Of a DNA stretch of 64,000 bases, positions 18,648-28,636 are shown one piece after another (position 1 is the first letter of the stretch; each line of letters opens with the position of its first letter). A model generated the notes under the pieces. That model saw nothing but the letters and a program-made list of their open reading frames with translations. It was not told where the DNA came from and did not search any database. The position numbers and the translations under genes are program-made. Location: positions 226,279 to 290,278 of the forward strand of contig CAVQSP010000020.1 in the NCBI GenBank assembly GCA_963715985.1. The letters are read 5' to 3'. Source of the DNA: an uncultured Thermoleophilia bacterium. Lineage in GTDB: Bacteria > Actinomycetota > Thermoleophilia > UBA2241.

Positions 18648-20039
18648 TCAGGGAACCGGCGCGTGCTCGCAGGCCTTGTGCCCTGCGCTCTCTTCCTTCT
18701 CGGCGCTCAGACAGCTCCAGATGGGGCTGTACAGGTGATCGACCTTCCGGGAGTACTCGTCGAGCTCGTCCTGGAGGTCGGTGATCATGACGTCGCCGCC
18801 CGGGTGCGTAGGCTTGGCTCCGGTGGCCGCCATGATCTCACGGGCCTGATTGGGGTTGTCGATCCACATGCACGGCATCAGCAGGTTGTGGTTGAACGGC
18901 TGCCGCCGCCGGATCTCCTTGAAGAAGTCCGAGTTGAACGCCTCGAGGAGACTGACGTCGCGGATGTTGTCGGTGGCGAAGTGCGTGAAGATGCACGGCT
19001 CCACCCAGCCGCCGCTGTTGATGTGCATGTAGTGCTTGCCGGCGATGCAGCCGTTGACCCACGGGGCGTCGCCCCAGAAGTCGATCGGGAAGATCGGCTT
19101 GGTGTCGCGGATGCGGTGGATGTCGATGCGGAACTGGTTCCGCTCCTCCGCCGTCAGCATCATGCTGGTGTCAGGGTCCCGGCCCACCGGCATGTAGAGG
19201 AAGTGCCACGCCAACATGGCGCCCTTGGCGATGAGCGGATCGACGAAATCGTCGCTCACGATGGCCTTCCACGTGTCGCGCGTGACGGTGCACGAGTAGC
19301 CGAACAACACGCCGGCATCGCCCAGATGGTCCATGATGTCCATGACCTGGTCGTGCACGCCGGGGCCGCGACGGTGGTCCGTCAGCTCCGGCGAGCCCTC
19401 GAGGCTGAGCATGGGGGCGATGTTGCCGATCTTGGCGAGCTCGTCGATGGTGTCGTGGTCGAGGAGCGTGCCGTTGGTGAACACCTGGAAGTAGGCGTCC
19501 TTGTTCTCCTGGGCGAAGTCGAGCAGTTCGTCCCACATGAACGGCTCGCCGCCCAGCAGGGTGAACAGATAGACGCCCATGTCGTTGCCCTCGTCCACGA
19601 TCTTCTGCATCAGCTTGCGGTCGAGGTCCTGGTCGGGTGCGTACTCCGCCGCATAGCAGCCGTCACAGGTGAGATTGCAGCGCATGGTGGGACTCATGAG
19701 GATCGTCGTCGGCGCCTTGCAGCCCGTCTCGTCGATCAGTTCCCTACGCTTTGCCACGCCACGAAGAAGGGTGTTGACGATAAGACATTCAATAAAACGG
19801 TCGCGGCAGCGCGGGCTGAGTCTGGACGAGACGTGCCTTGCGATAGTGAGCGCCGGGTGGTCCTCCTGGACCTTCTCTGCGACGAATCGCACTGAGCCCT
19901 TGTACTGGTCGGGGGTGATCTTCTCGGCCAGGTTGAATGCCTTGACGATCTTGGTCTTGTCGTCACTGGACGCCAACTTGAGCATCTGGTTGATCACTTG
20001 CCTCTGCACCGCGGTGTAAAGGCCGTCCGTACGGCTCAT
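18648..20039 (-). CDS. Radical SAM protein with SPASM/twitch-type C-terminal Cys
   Basis: CNLTCDGC, GGEP, GCIAG..EPCIF..PCMWIDNP; AGGAG SD. Confidence 0.9.
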   Translation of the reverse strand: MSRTDGLYTAVQRQVINQMLKLASSDDKTKIVKAFNLAEKITPDQYKGSVRFVAEKVQEDHPALTIARHVSSRLSPRCRDRFIECLIVNTLLRGVAKRRELIDETGCKAPTTILMSPTMRCNLTCDGCYAAEYAPDQDLDRKLMQKIVDEGNDMGVYLFTLLGGEPFMWDELLDFAQENKDAYFQVFTNGTLLDHDTIDELAKIGNIAPMLSLEGSPELTDHRRGPGVHDQVMDIMDHLGDAGVLFGYSCTVTRDTWKAIVSDDFVDPLIAKGAMLAWHFLYMPVGRDPDTSMMLTAEERNQFRIDIHRIRDTKPIFPIDFWGDAPWVNGCIAGKHYMHINSGGWVEPCIFTHFATDNIRDVSLLEAFNSDFFKEIRRRQPFNHNLLMPCMWIDNPNQAREIMAATGAKPTHPGGDVMITDLQDELDEYSRKVDHLYSPIWSCLSAEKEESAGHKACEHAPVP

Positions 20040-20329
20040 GTCTCTCCTCCTCTCCTGTTCGCGCGCCCGTGCCCGGCGAGCGCGGCTCCTCGGCCGTCAA
20101 ATGACCGTACGCAGGGGGAGGTGAGGCGGCGCGGCGGAGAGACCCCTCCGCCTCGAAACGTCGGCTCCCCCCGACGGCATTCGGGCAACCATGTGAACAT
20201 TCTAGCACCCGCTCCGCCGGAACAGGTGACATTCGTGGCCGCCGGTGCGTGCACCGGCCCGGCGGCCACCCGCCCCGGGGCTGCGTCCGGCGTGGCAACA
20301 CATGCGTTGCCAATTCGTCTAGAAGAGTC

Positions 20330-20357
20330 TTATGTTTCCCCGACTCCCAGCCGATAG
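20330..20357 (+). promoter_or_regulatory. Sigma28/WhiG-like promoter
   Basis: TTATGTTT...GCCGATAG directly upstream of the riboswitch; -35 imperfect. Confidence 0.5.
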
Positions 20358-20364
20358 ACACTCT

Positions 20365-20445
20365 TGATAAGGGCAAACCTGTCGTGAGGCAGGGACGCAA
20401 AGCCAGAGGTCTTGGATGTTCAAGATAGCTCGGTTGCCGGATTCG
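20365..20445 (+). ncRNA. c-di-GMP-I (GEMM-I) riboswitch
   Basis: GGGCAAACCTGTC-GTGA-GGCAGGGACGCAAAGCC..GGTCT..AGATAGC..GGTTGCCG matches GEMM-I core with GNRA loop; G at the position equivalent to Vc2 G20. Confidence 0.9.
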
Positions 20446-20588
20446 ATCTTCGCCCTTGCGAACGTCGCCTTCTGCCCCGGACCTCAGCTTCACGCACCCG
20501 TCGCACGCCACCGGTGACCCACGTGATCTACCGCCGCGACCTCCAGGGGCCGGCCGGTCAAGGGAGTACCGAAGTGGAGGCGAAAGCG

Positions 20589-22223
20589 ATGAACCTCAGG
20601 ATCATCGTCCTGGCCATCGTGGCGGTGAGTCTCCTGATGCTGCCCGGTGTGGCGTTGGCCGACAACGAGCCGGCCGGCAAGATCGACACCAGCGTCCAGA
20701 CCGTTCTCGAGGCGACCGGCGGCAACGTGGCCGTGCCGGTCATGGTCCAGGCGCCCGGGGCACTCGACCAGGTGCAGGCGACGATCCCGCTGGGCGTGGA
20801 CGTCACGCAGATCCCGATCGTGGACAGCCTCGCCGCGTATCTGACGCCCGAGGAGATCAAGGCGCTTGGGAAGGCGAGCTTCGTCACGCAGATCGTCGCC
20901 GACAACCTCGTCTTCGGCATGAGCTACCAGAGCACGATGGACGTCACCAACCTGAGCATCGGGCTCGGCGATGTGGTCGCCCCACGTGACGGCGGGCCGG
21001 ATGGCGCGGGCGTGACCGTCGCGATCGTCGACAGCGGCATCGCCACGAACACCGATCTCGCCGCCAGCCGCATCGTCGGCTGGAAGGACTTCGTGAACGG
21101 GCAGGAGACCCCGTACGACGACGCCGGCCACGGCACCTTCGTCGCCGGCCTCATCGCCGGAGACGGCACCGCTTCGCTGCCGCTCGAGAACGGCGGCACG
21201 GCGAGCGTCCAGTTCCGCGGCGTCGCGCCGGCGGCCAACGTCGTCGGCATCAAGGTCCTCGACGAGGTCGGCCAGGGCCGCACCTCGGCGCTCATCGCGG
21301 GCATCGCCTGGGCGATCGCGCACAGGAACGACTACGACATCCGCGTCCTCAACCTCTCGATCGGCGGCAACCCCGTGTGCACGGTGACCAAAGACCCGGT
21401 CGCCCTGGCGGTCGAGGCCGCATGGCGCAGTGGCATCACGGTCGTGTGCGCGGCGGGCAACGAGGGTTCCTTCGGGTCGGGAGGCGTCCTCTCCCCCGGC
21501 AACGACCCCTTCGTCATCACCGTCGGCGCGACCGACAGCCAGGAGACGTCAGCGACCGCGGACGACACCGTGGCCAAGTACAGCTCCGCCGGTCCGACGC
21601 TCTTCGACGAGATCGCCAAACCAGATGTGGTGGCGCCCGGCAACCGGCTCGTGTCGGTGCGCACCGTCGGTTCGTACATCGACACGAACTTCCCCGCCAA
21701 CGTCATCCTGCTGGAGAGCTACGAGACGAGCGCCAGCGCAGGCGCGGCGTCCAACTACCTCATGCTCTCCGGCACCAGCACCTCCTGCCCGGTCGTCGCC
21801 GGCGCCGCCGCTCTCATGATCGGCGAGGATCCGACCCTGACCCCTGACGACGTCAAGGTGCGCCTGATGGGCACCGCCGACCCGGTCGCCGGCGCCACTG
21901 CCGACCAGCAAGGGGCCGGCCTGATCGACGTCGACGAGGCTCTCCAGAGCCCGGCACACTCCACCGGCTACGCCCTCTCTGCGTACCTCGGAGACGGCAA
22001 GAAGCACTTCAAGAACGGCGACTACAACAAATGGGAAAAGCGCGTGTGGGAGAAGTACGGGTGGACGAAGTACAAGTGGACCAAGTACAAGTGGACGAAG
22101 TACAAGTGGACGAAGTACAAGTGGACTGAGATCGCCTGGACCAAGTACAAGTGGACCAAGTACAAGTGGACGGAGTACGAGTGGGCCAAGTACAAGTGGA
22201 CCATCCTGATCGAGGGCCAGTAA
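20589..22223 (+). CDS. Secreted S8 (subtilisin/AprX-like) serine protease with C-terminal Trp pentapeptide repeats
   Basis: Signal peptide ending ALA; triad IVDSG, GHGT, SGTS; AAGN; tail of WTKYK repeats. Confidence 0.92.
   Translation: MNLRIIVLAIVAVSLLMLPGVALADNEPAGKIDTSVQTVLEATGGNVAVPVMVQAPGALDQVQATIPLGVDVTQIPIVDSLAAYLTPEEIKALGKASFVTQIVADNLVFGMSYQSTMDVTNLSIGLGDVVAPRDGGPDGAGVTVAIVDSGIATNTDLAASRIVGWKDFVNGQETPYDDAGHGTFVAGLIAGDGTASLPLENGGTASVQFRGVAPAANVVGIKVLDEVGQGRTSALIAGIAWAIAHRNDYDIRVLNLSIGGNPVCTVTKDPVALAVEAAWRSGITVVCAAGNEGSFGSGGVLSPGNDPFVITVGATDSQETSATADDTVAKYSSAGPTLFDEIAKPDVVAPGNRLVSVRTVGSYIDTNFPANVILLESYETSASAGAASNYLMLSGTSTSCPVVAGAAALMIGEDPTLTPDDVKVRLMGTADPVAGATADQQGAGLIDVDEALQSPAHSTGYALSAYLGDGKKHFKNGDYNKWEKRVWEKYGWTKYKWTKYKWTKYKWTKYKWTEIAWTKYKWTKYKWTEYEWAKYKWTILIEGQ
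22032..22202 (+). repeat. 15-bp coding tandem repeat (TGGAC[C/G]AAGTACAAG) encoding W-x4 repeats
   Basis: 12 Trp at exact 5-residue spacing. Confidence 0.95.
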
Positions 22224-22264
22224 CAGTCCCGGCTGCGGCACTGAAGCGAGACAGAGAGACGGCC

Positions 22265-23752
22265 GTGCGGCAACGCACGGCCGTCTCTGTTCTCGTGGGC
22301 CTTCTCACCGTCGCCGCGGCGGGGGCGGCGGCGGCGGCGCTGCTCCGGGACCCCGCCCCGCTGACGGTGGACATCGTCGCCTTCGTGATCCTCGCCACGC
22401 TCGCCGATCTGCGCGAGATCAAGATGCCCCTGGTCGGCATCGTCACCCTGTCGTTCGTCCCGGTGCTCGCCGCCCTCATCGTGCTGGGGCTCTGGCCGGC
22501 CATCGTGGTCGCAGCCATCTCGGGGCTCGCCAGCGCCTGGTACATGCGCGACCCGGTCAAGATCGTCTTCAACGTCTCCAACTACATCGTGTCGACCTAC
22601 CTGGCCGGGATCCTGTACCTGGCGCTCACTCCGGCAGGCGGCAGCTTCATGAGCAAGGTCCTCCCCACGTTCGGCGCGACCATCGTCGACTTCCTCGTCA
22701 ACACGGTGCTGCTCGCCCTCGTCATCGCGCTGGCGAGCAGAAGGAATCCCTTCGCGGTCTGGCGGCAGAACTACCAGTGGGGCCTGCCGAGTTACCTCAC
22801 CGGGTCCACGCTCGCGCTGCTCCTCGCCGCCCTGTACCTGTGGCTCGGCGTTCCCGGCATGCTGCTCGCCATACCGCCCGTCTACCTCATCTACTACTCC
22901 TACGACATCTACGTGAAGCGCGCCAGGGAGCGCGTCACCTTCGACGCCGAGCGCGACTCGTTCCACGTGGAGCTCGCCCAGTCGATCGAGCTCCACGACG
23001 AGCTCCGCGCCGCTCAGCTCAAGGTGGCGGCCGAGATCGAGCGCGCGCGGCGCATCCAGACGGACCTCCTCCCCGCCTCCACTCCCGACGTGGCAGGCCT
23101 CGGCCTGGCCCAGCACATCGAGTTCCTCGGAGAGATGGGCGGCGACTACTACGACTACATCCCGTTCGGGGACGGACGTCTGGGCATCGTGTGCGGCGAC
23201 GTGATGGGCAAAGGTCTCGCCGCCGCCCTCATCATGGCGATGGCGCGCTCGCTGCTGCACACCGCCATCGCTCCCGGAAGGAGCCCGGGCGCGGTGCTGG
23301 CGGAAGTCAACGACGGCCTGGCGCGCGACCTGGAGGGCCAGCGCCTGCCGTACTTCGTCACGCTCGTGCTGGCCGTGTACGACCCGGCCACCCGGCACCT
23401 GGCGGTCGCGGGAGGCGGGCACAACCCCCTGCTCGTGGTCTCGTCCGGCGGCGTCGAGCGCGTACCCTCCCGGGGTGCGGCCCTGGGCGTGCGCCCGGGC
23501 CTGCAGTTCCCCGAGGACGACGTGGTCCTCAAACCGGGGGCCACGGTGGCCCTCTACACGGACGGCCTCACGGAGGCCCGCGACCCGGGCGGCGCACTCC
23601 TCGGCCAGGAGCGCCTTGAGGCCATGCTGGCCGACTCGGAGCAGGGCTCGCTCGACGCCACCCTCGAGGCCGTCTGGGGCCGGGTGGCTGCCTTCCGCGG
23701 CGCGGCGCCGGCGGGCGACGACGCCACGCTGCTGCTCGCGCGTCTTGTGTGA
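22265..23752 (+). CDS. Membrane-anchored SpoIIE/RsbU-type PP2C phosphatase
   Basis: Multi-TM N-terminal domain, coiled coil, GGDYYD, GDVMGKG, YTDGLTEA, GDDATL. Confidence 0.9.
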   Translation: MRQRTAVSVLVGLLTVAAAGAAAAALLRDPAPLTVDIVAFVILATLADLREIKMPLVGIVTLSFVPVLAALIVLGLWPAIVVAAISGLASAWYMRDPVKIVFNVSNYIVSTYLAGILYLALTPAGGSFMSKVLPTFGATIVDFLVNTVLLALVIALASRRNPFAVWRQNYQWGLPSYLTGSTLALLLAALYLWLGVPGMLLAIPPVYLIYYSYDIYVKRARERVTFDAERDSFHVELAQSIELHDELRAAQLKVAAEIERARRIQTDLLPASTPDVAGLGLAQHIEFLGEMGGDYYDYIPFGDGRLGIVCGDVMGKGLAAALIMAMARSLLHTAIAPGRSPGAVLAEVNDGLARDLEGQRLPYFVTLVLAVYDPATRHLAVAGGGHNPLLVVSSGGVERVPSRGAALGVRPGLQFPEDDVVLKPGATVALYTDGLTEARDPGGALLGQERLEAMLADSEQGSLDATLEAVWGRVAAFRGAAPAGDDATLLLARLV

Positions 23753-23797
23753 GCCACGGCGACGCGAGAGTATCTACCTGACTCCCCACGAAAGGAC

Positions 23798-24577
23798 GTG
23801 ATGGCCGAGCCCGCGCCCGACCAGCCCGCCTCCCTGCAGGTGCTCCGGTACAGAAGTGGAGACTCCGAGGTCCACGCCGTCCTCGGCGATCTGGACCCCG
23901 AACTCCGTCACGACGATCTGGTCGCCCACGCGTCCGAAGCGCTCAACAGCGAGACGTTCGTCTGTCTTGCCGTGGCTCAGGACGACGACTTCGTCGCCGA
24001 TGAGCTCTGCTTCGTGCCCCAGGGCGAGTGCTGCGAGATCCTCAGCATCCGCACGAGCGGCTGGAAGCGTCATCACGGCGACCACCGACGCAGCCTCGTC
24101 GAGATCCTCAACACCCTCGCCGCCGCCGTCGCCTGCGGCAAGCTCCGCATCCTCGACGGCGCGCAGGTCGACGAGGAGGCGCACGCGGGGGAGCTCGTGC
24201 GGACGTTCGACGTCGCCGATCCGGGCGGCCTCGTCCTCGCGCGCGACGCCGTGAACGAGGTCATGCTGCAAGCGGGCGTCGATGAGATCACCCGGCAGAA
24301 GACGATCCTCTGCATCTCGGAGGCAGTGACGAACATGCTGCTTCACGGGGGCGGCCACGGCTCTGTGACTCTACGGCGGCCGCCCGGACTTCTGCGCATC
24401 GTGGTCGCCGACGAAGGCTCGGGGCTCAACTTCCTGAACTGGATCGATCCTCCCACCGTCAAGGGGCAGGCCTCCATGGGCTACGGCTTCAAGATCATCC
24501 TCGACAACCTCGACGCGGTCGGTCTGCACGCGAGTCAGACCGGCACCACGCTGCTGCTGGACCGCGTCATCGACTGA
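23798..24577 (+). CDS. Anti-sigma factor/Ser kinase (RsbW/RsbT-like HATPase_c) with extra N-terminal domain
   Basis: SEAVTNMLLHG, VADEGSG, SMGYGF boxes. Confidence 0.8.
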   Translation: MMAEPAPDQPASLQVLRYRSGDSEVHAVLGDLDPELRHDDLVAHASEALNSETFVCLAVAQDDDFVADELCFVPQGECCEILSIRTSGWKRHHGDHRRSLVEILNTLAAAVACGKLRILDGAQVDEEAHAGELVRTFDVADPGGLVLARDAVNEVMLQAGVDEITRQKTILCISEAVTNMLLHGGGHGSVTLRRPPGLLRIVVADEGSGLNFLNWIDPPTVKGQASMGYGFKIILDNLDAVGLHASQTGTTLLLDRVID

Positions 24578-24589
24578 GGCAGGACAAGT

Positions 24590-24901
24590 ATGCTGCGGAC
24601 ATCGATAGCGCAAGGCCCGGCGCCCACCGTGTTCCTCGCCGGGGAGATGGATCTGGACTGCGCCGACACCCTCCGCGAGGCGGTGGCGGAGGCGGCCCGC
24701 GGCGCCGAGACGGTAGTGCTGGACTTCGCCGACGTGTCGTTCATCGACTCGTCCGGCACCGGGATCTTCGTGCGTCTCTGTCTCGATCTGAGCAGCCAGG
24801 GCACGCCGATCGTGGCGCGCAACCTGTCGCCGGCCGTGCGCGGCGTGTTCGACATGTTGCGCGTGCGCGAGCTCGTGGGCGAGGACGTCTTCCCCGGCTG
24901 A
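24590..24901 (+). CDS. STAS domain anti-sigma antagonist (RsbV/SpoIIAA-like)
   Basis: LAGEMD, LDFADVSFIDSSG phospho-Ser motif. Confidence 0.9.
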   Translation: MLRTSIAQGPAPTVFLAGEMDLDCADTLREAVAEAARGAETVVLDFADVSFIDSSGTGIFVRLCLDLSSQGTPIVARNLSPAVRGVFDMLRVRELVGEDVFPG

Positions 24902-24943
24902 GCGCGCACTGCGGACGCGCCGGCGGTCCCGGCTGTCCGCCGG

Positions 24944-27050
24944 TCAGCGCACCGTCAGCCGTGCCTGGGCGACGCTGACCGCTCTGTTTGCGGCCGCGTC
25001 GGTCGCCTGCGCTCTCCAGGTGTACGCGCCCTTGGCCAGCGCCGCCTTGAAGCGATAGGTCAGCGCGACGTTCATCGGACGCGTGCCGAGGGCGATGGTC
25101 TTCACCGTCCTGCCGCTCGTGCGGATCTGGATGGCGACCGCAGCGACCCCACAGCTGGGCTGGTCGTCGTCCACGCGGAACCTGAGGGTCACCGTCTTGC
25201 CGGCCCTGACCGAGGCGGGCGAGGCACTCGTGCTCGGCACCGACGTGTCGATGTTCACGTACCCGGTCCGTGTGGTCTCCGCGGCGCCGAGCACGTCCAC
25301 GGACGAATAGGCGACGAGGTGGCTGCCCGCCCCGGAGACCAGGAAGGGCGCGCCATACTGGGTCGCGGTCGCACCGTCGACCGAGAAGTCGGTGCGCGCC
25401 ACCCCCGCGCCCGCATCCTTCGCCGTGAGCGTGACGGTGAGGGCGCTGTTGCGCCACGCGCTGGTGGCGCTGGACGCCAGCTCCGGGCTGGCCGTGGTCA
25501 CCGGCGGGGCGAGGTCGATGTTGACGTAGGCGGTGTGGCCGGCCTCCGCGTTGCCGGCCGCGTCCACCGACGAGAAGACGACCGCGTGGCTGCCGCCGCC
25601 GGAGACGACGAACGGCGCGCCGTACACGGTAACGGCGCCGCCGTCCACGGTGTAGGTCGTCCGTGCGACCCCCGAGAGGTCGTCCGTAGCCGTGAGCGTC
25701 ACGGTCAGGGCGCCGGAGATCCACCCGCCGGTGGCGCCGGCTGAGAGCGGCGGGGACGCGACCGTGAGCGGCGGCACCTCATCGATGTTCACGTAGCCGC
25801 GGCGGGGGACCTCGGAGTTCCCGGAGGCGTCCACCGAGTAGTACGTGATGAGGTGGCTGCCGGGAGCGCTCACCGCAAAGGGGATGGTGTACACGAGGGG
25901 CTCGCCGCCGTCGACGGTGTAGAAGGTGGTCGCTATGCCTGAGCCGGCGTCACCTGCCGCCAGCGTCAGGGTGACGCCGCTGGCGCGCCATCCGGTGGTG
26001 GCGGTCTCGGCCAGCGCCGGCGAGACAGTGGTCACCGGCGCCAGTCCGTCGATGGACAGCTTGCGCACGGTGCTGTTGGCGGTGTCGGCCACGTACACGT
26101 CGCCGGCGGCGTCGCAGACAAGGCCCTGCGGGCCGCCGAAACGCGCCACGGAACCGGCGCCGTCGGCGCTGCCGGGATCGCCCGGGGAGCCGGCGAGCGT
26201 GACCACGCCCCCCGCCCCGTCGAGCTTGCGCACGCAGTCGTTGTCCGTGTCGGCCACGTAGACGGTGCCGGCGGCGTCACAGGCGACGCCGCCCGGATAA
26301 CTGAGTCCGGCATCCGGGCCGGCGACGTCGCTCACAGCCGCCGCCGGGGGCGATGGCGACGATCCTGCTCCCGCCCGTGTCCGCCACGTACACGGTGCCG
26401 GACGAGCCCCAGGCCACGCCCAGCGGCGAGGTGAGACCGGCCGCGGGCCCTGCCACAGTCGTCACCACGCCGGCCGGCGTGATCTTGCGCACGGCGCCGT
26501 TCTCGGTGTCGGCCACGTACACGTTGCCGGCGGCGTCGCAGGCCAGGCCCGCCGGGTAGCAGAACCGCGCCGCCGCGCCGGCGCCGTCGTCGCTGCCCTG
26601 TTCGCCCGACAGCCCGGCGAGCGTGCTCACGGCGCCTCCGGGGGCGATCCTGATGATCACGTGGTGGTACGTGTCCGCCACGTAGACGTTGCCGTCGGCG
26701 TCGCAGGCGACCCCCTGGGGATAGCTGAGGCCCGCGGCCGCCCCGGCGATGGTACTGACCACCCCTTTGGGGGTGATCTTGCGCACGGCGTCGTTGTCGG
26801 TGTCGGCCACGTAGATGTTGCCGGCAGCGTCACACGCCACGCCGAAAGGCCCGCTGAACCTGGCTGCCGCGCCCGCCCCGTCGCTGCTGCCCGTGGCCCC
26901 GGCGGCCCCGGCAACCGTGGACACGGTCACGCCGGCCGCGGCGGCCCGCGGCGGCGCCGCGGCGGCCATGCACATGCATACGGCCAAGAGCACCACCAGA
27001 CCCACCACGGACCCCGTGGCCGGCAGGTCCAGTCGTCGTGGGCGGCTCAC
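24944..27050 (-). CDS. Secreted NHL-repeat beta-propeller protein with Ig-like repeats (frameshift near 26335)
   Basis: Signal-like N-terminus, repeated PxGVACDAAGNxYVADT, three T.Y.VDG..Y..PF.VS..GSH..YxSVDxxG modules. Confidence 0.8.
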
Positions 27051-27147
27051 TCGAACACCTCCGGGGGATCGCCCGGCGGGGCGGCCGGGTGACGTTTGCG
27101 CCTGCGCCGTGCCCGTGGACGCGGTCAGGCAGATGTCCGTCTTCCAG

Positions 27148-27175
27148 ATATCGGCAGCCGTGCGCCACATGCTTA
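27148..27175 (-). promoter_or_regulatory. Sigma28/WhiG-like promoter for NHL gene
   Basis: TAAG-N16-GCCGATAT on minus strand. Confidence 0.55.
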
Positions 27176-27266
27176 GGCCCGCCGGCCGCCGCCACCGCGC
27201 CATGTGAGCGGGACGCCCGGACGCTGACGGAGCCTCGGCGCGCCACGCCGCAAGGCACCGACGGCG

Positions 27267-27572
27267 TCAGTCGTTGCGAAGGGGTCCGACGCCGGCGAGC
27301 ACGACCAGCGAGGCGACGTCCGCAGACGCGCTTACGCTGGAGACACAAGCTTCGCCGCGGTAGACACTGCCGTCGCGCGCGAACAGCGTCAGCAACATGG
27401 ACGAACCTTGGGCGAGGTGCTGCTGGAACTCGTCGAGGTTCTCGGGCGACTCGACCCTGAGGCACCACGCGCCGGGGCAGCTGGACTCGTTGACGAGGCG
27501 AGCGCTGAGAAAGCCTATCTCGCGATGCTCGTGCTTGATCTTGAGCAACCGTCCCGCAGGTGTCTCGTGCAC
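27267..27572 (-). CDS. Hypothetical protein (101 aa)
   Basis: GAGGGGGAG SD, globular-looking composition. Confidence 0.6.
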   Translation of the reverse strand: MHETPAGRLLKIKHEHREIGFLSARLVNESSCPGAWCLRVESPENLDEFQQHLAQGSSMLLTLFARDGSVYRGEACVSSVSASADVASLVVLAGVGPLRND

Positions 27573-27831
27573 TGCCGTCTCCCCCTCATCGCTGCTTCTC
27601 TGGCACTCTTCCCCCGAGTCGGGGAGGCCAGACGCCGTGCGAGGAGAGGCACCGGTGCGACTCCACAGCCCTGCGGCTCAGGGGGACCGACAGCGACAGG
27701 CGGTCAGGGACGTATGAGCGTGACGCTCAACACACGCATCGACCTGACCCGCCCACGCGCTACGCCTCGCCGGGGGCGCGGCGCTTGCAGGTCATGCGCG
27801 GGGCGCCAGACTGCCGGATCCAGCTCGCAAC

Positions 27832-28507
27832 TCAATCCAGATGCCTCTGGAGTCCATCCAGAATGAGGTCGAGCCCGAATTCGAAGTCGGCGCTTTCGTC
27901 GTAGCCATAGTTCATCGCGTACTCGACGACCATCTCCCTGAGGTACGGGTACTCATCGGCGGGTATCGCACGCAGAAAGCCCTCCGCCACTTCCTCGGGC
28001 TTGATGTCGCGTTCGGCAGCCGTGTTGAGTTGCTGCCGACCGAAGCCGTAGATGTAGCTGTCGAGGACCGAGAACGCACGAGCGGCCAGTTCGAGCGAGA
28101 ACCCGGCGCGCCGGAGGGTCCCCACCACCCAGTCGAAGTAGCGCAGCCTCGCCGGTCCGCTGCTCTCTCGAGAATCGATCAGACCGCTCGCCCACGGGTG
28201 ACGAGAGAAGACCGACTGGGCCGAGATCGCCCTCCGGCGCATGGCCTCCCTCCAATCGACCGTGTCCGTGGGAAGCTCGATCTCGCTCACGACGAGGTCG
28301 ACCATGCCGTCGAGGAGGTCGTCCTTGTTGGCCACGTGGTTGTACAGCGACATCGCCTCGACGCCGAGTCTCAGCCCGAGCTCGCGCATCGTGAGTGACT
28401 CGAGGCCGTCCTCGTCGGCAAGCAGGACGGCGGCGCGCGAGCACTCGCTCCCTGCTGAGCGGTACTCGGGACCCGGGACTCGGCGTGGGTCGTGTCGGCA
28501 CGGGCAT
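27832..28507 (-). CDS. TetR family regulator with TetR_C domain (frameshift near 28440)
   Basis: PLSRERVL then LTMRELGLRLGVEAMSLYNHVANKDDLLD HTH; FEFGLDLILDGL. Confidence 0.85.
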
Positions 28508-28538
28508 CTTCCTCCTCGGGCTCTGGCGTCCAAGCCAC

Positions 28539-28579
28539 TTGACATACTTACGGCGTAAGCATTACACTTACACTGTAAG
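28539..28579. promoter_or_regulatory. Promoter with two TetR operator palindromes
   Basis: CTTACGGCGTAAG (28547-28559) and CTTACACTGTAAG (28567-28579) overlapping TTGACA..TACACT between divergent genes. Confidence 0.75.
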
Positions 28580-28636
28580 TATACAGCTTACCCGTCTGAG
28601 CGGGAAGCGCAACATCTTCGACGAGAGGAGACCGAG

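Noticed and set aside
22032-22202. Possible CRISPR array
   Set aside because: 15-bp units without spacers, in frame within a CDS, no cas genes
27590-27730. Hairpin-rich leader of 27267..27572 as a riboswitch
   Set aside because: Several stems, but no recognisable conserved riboswitch core
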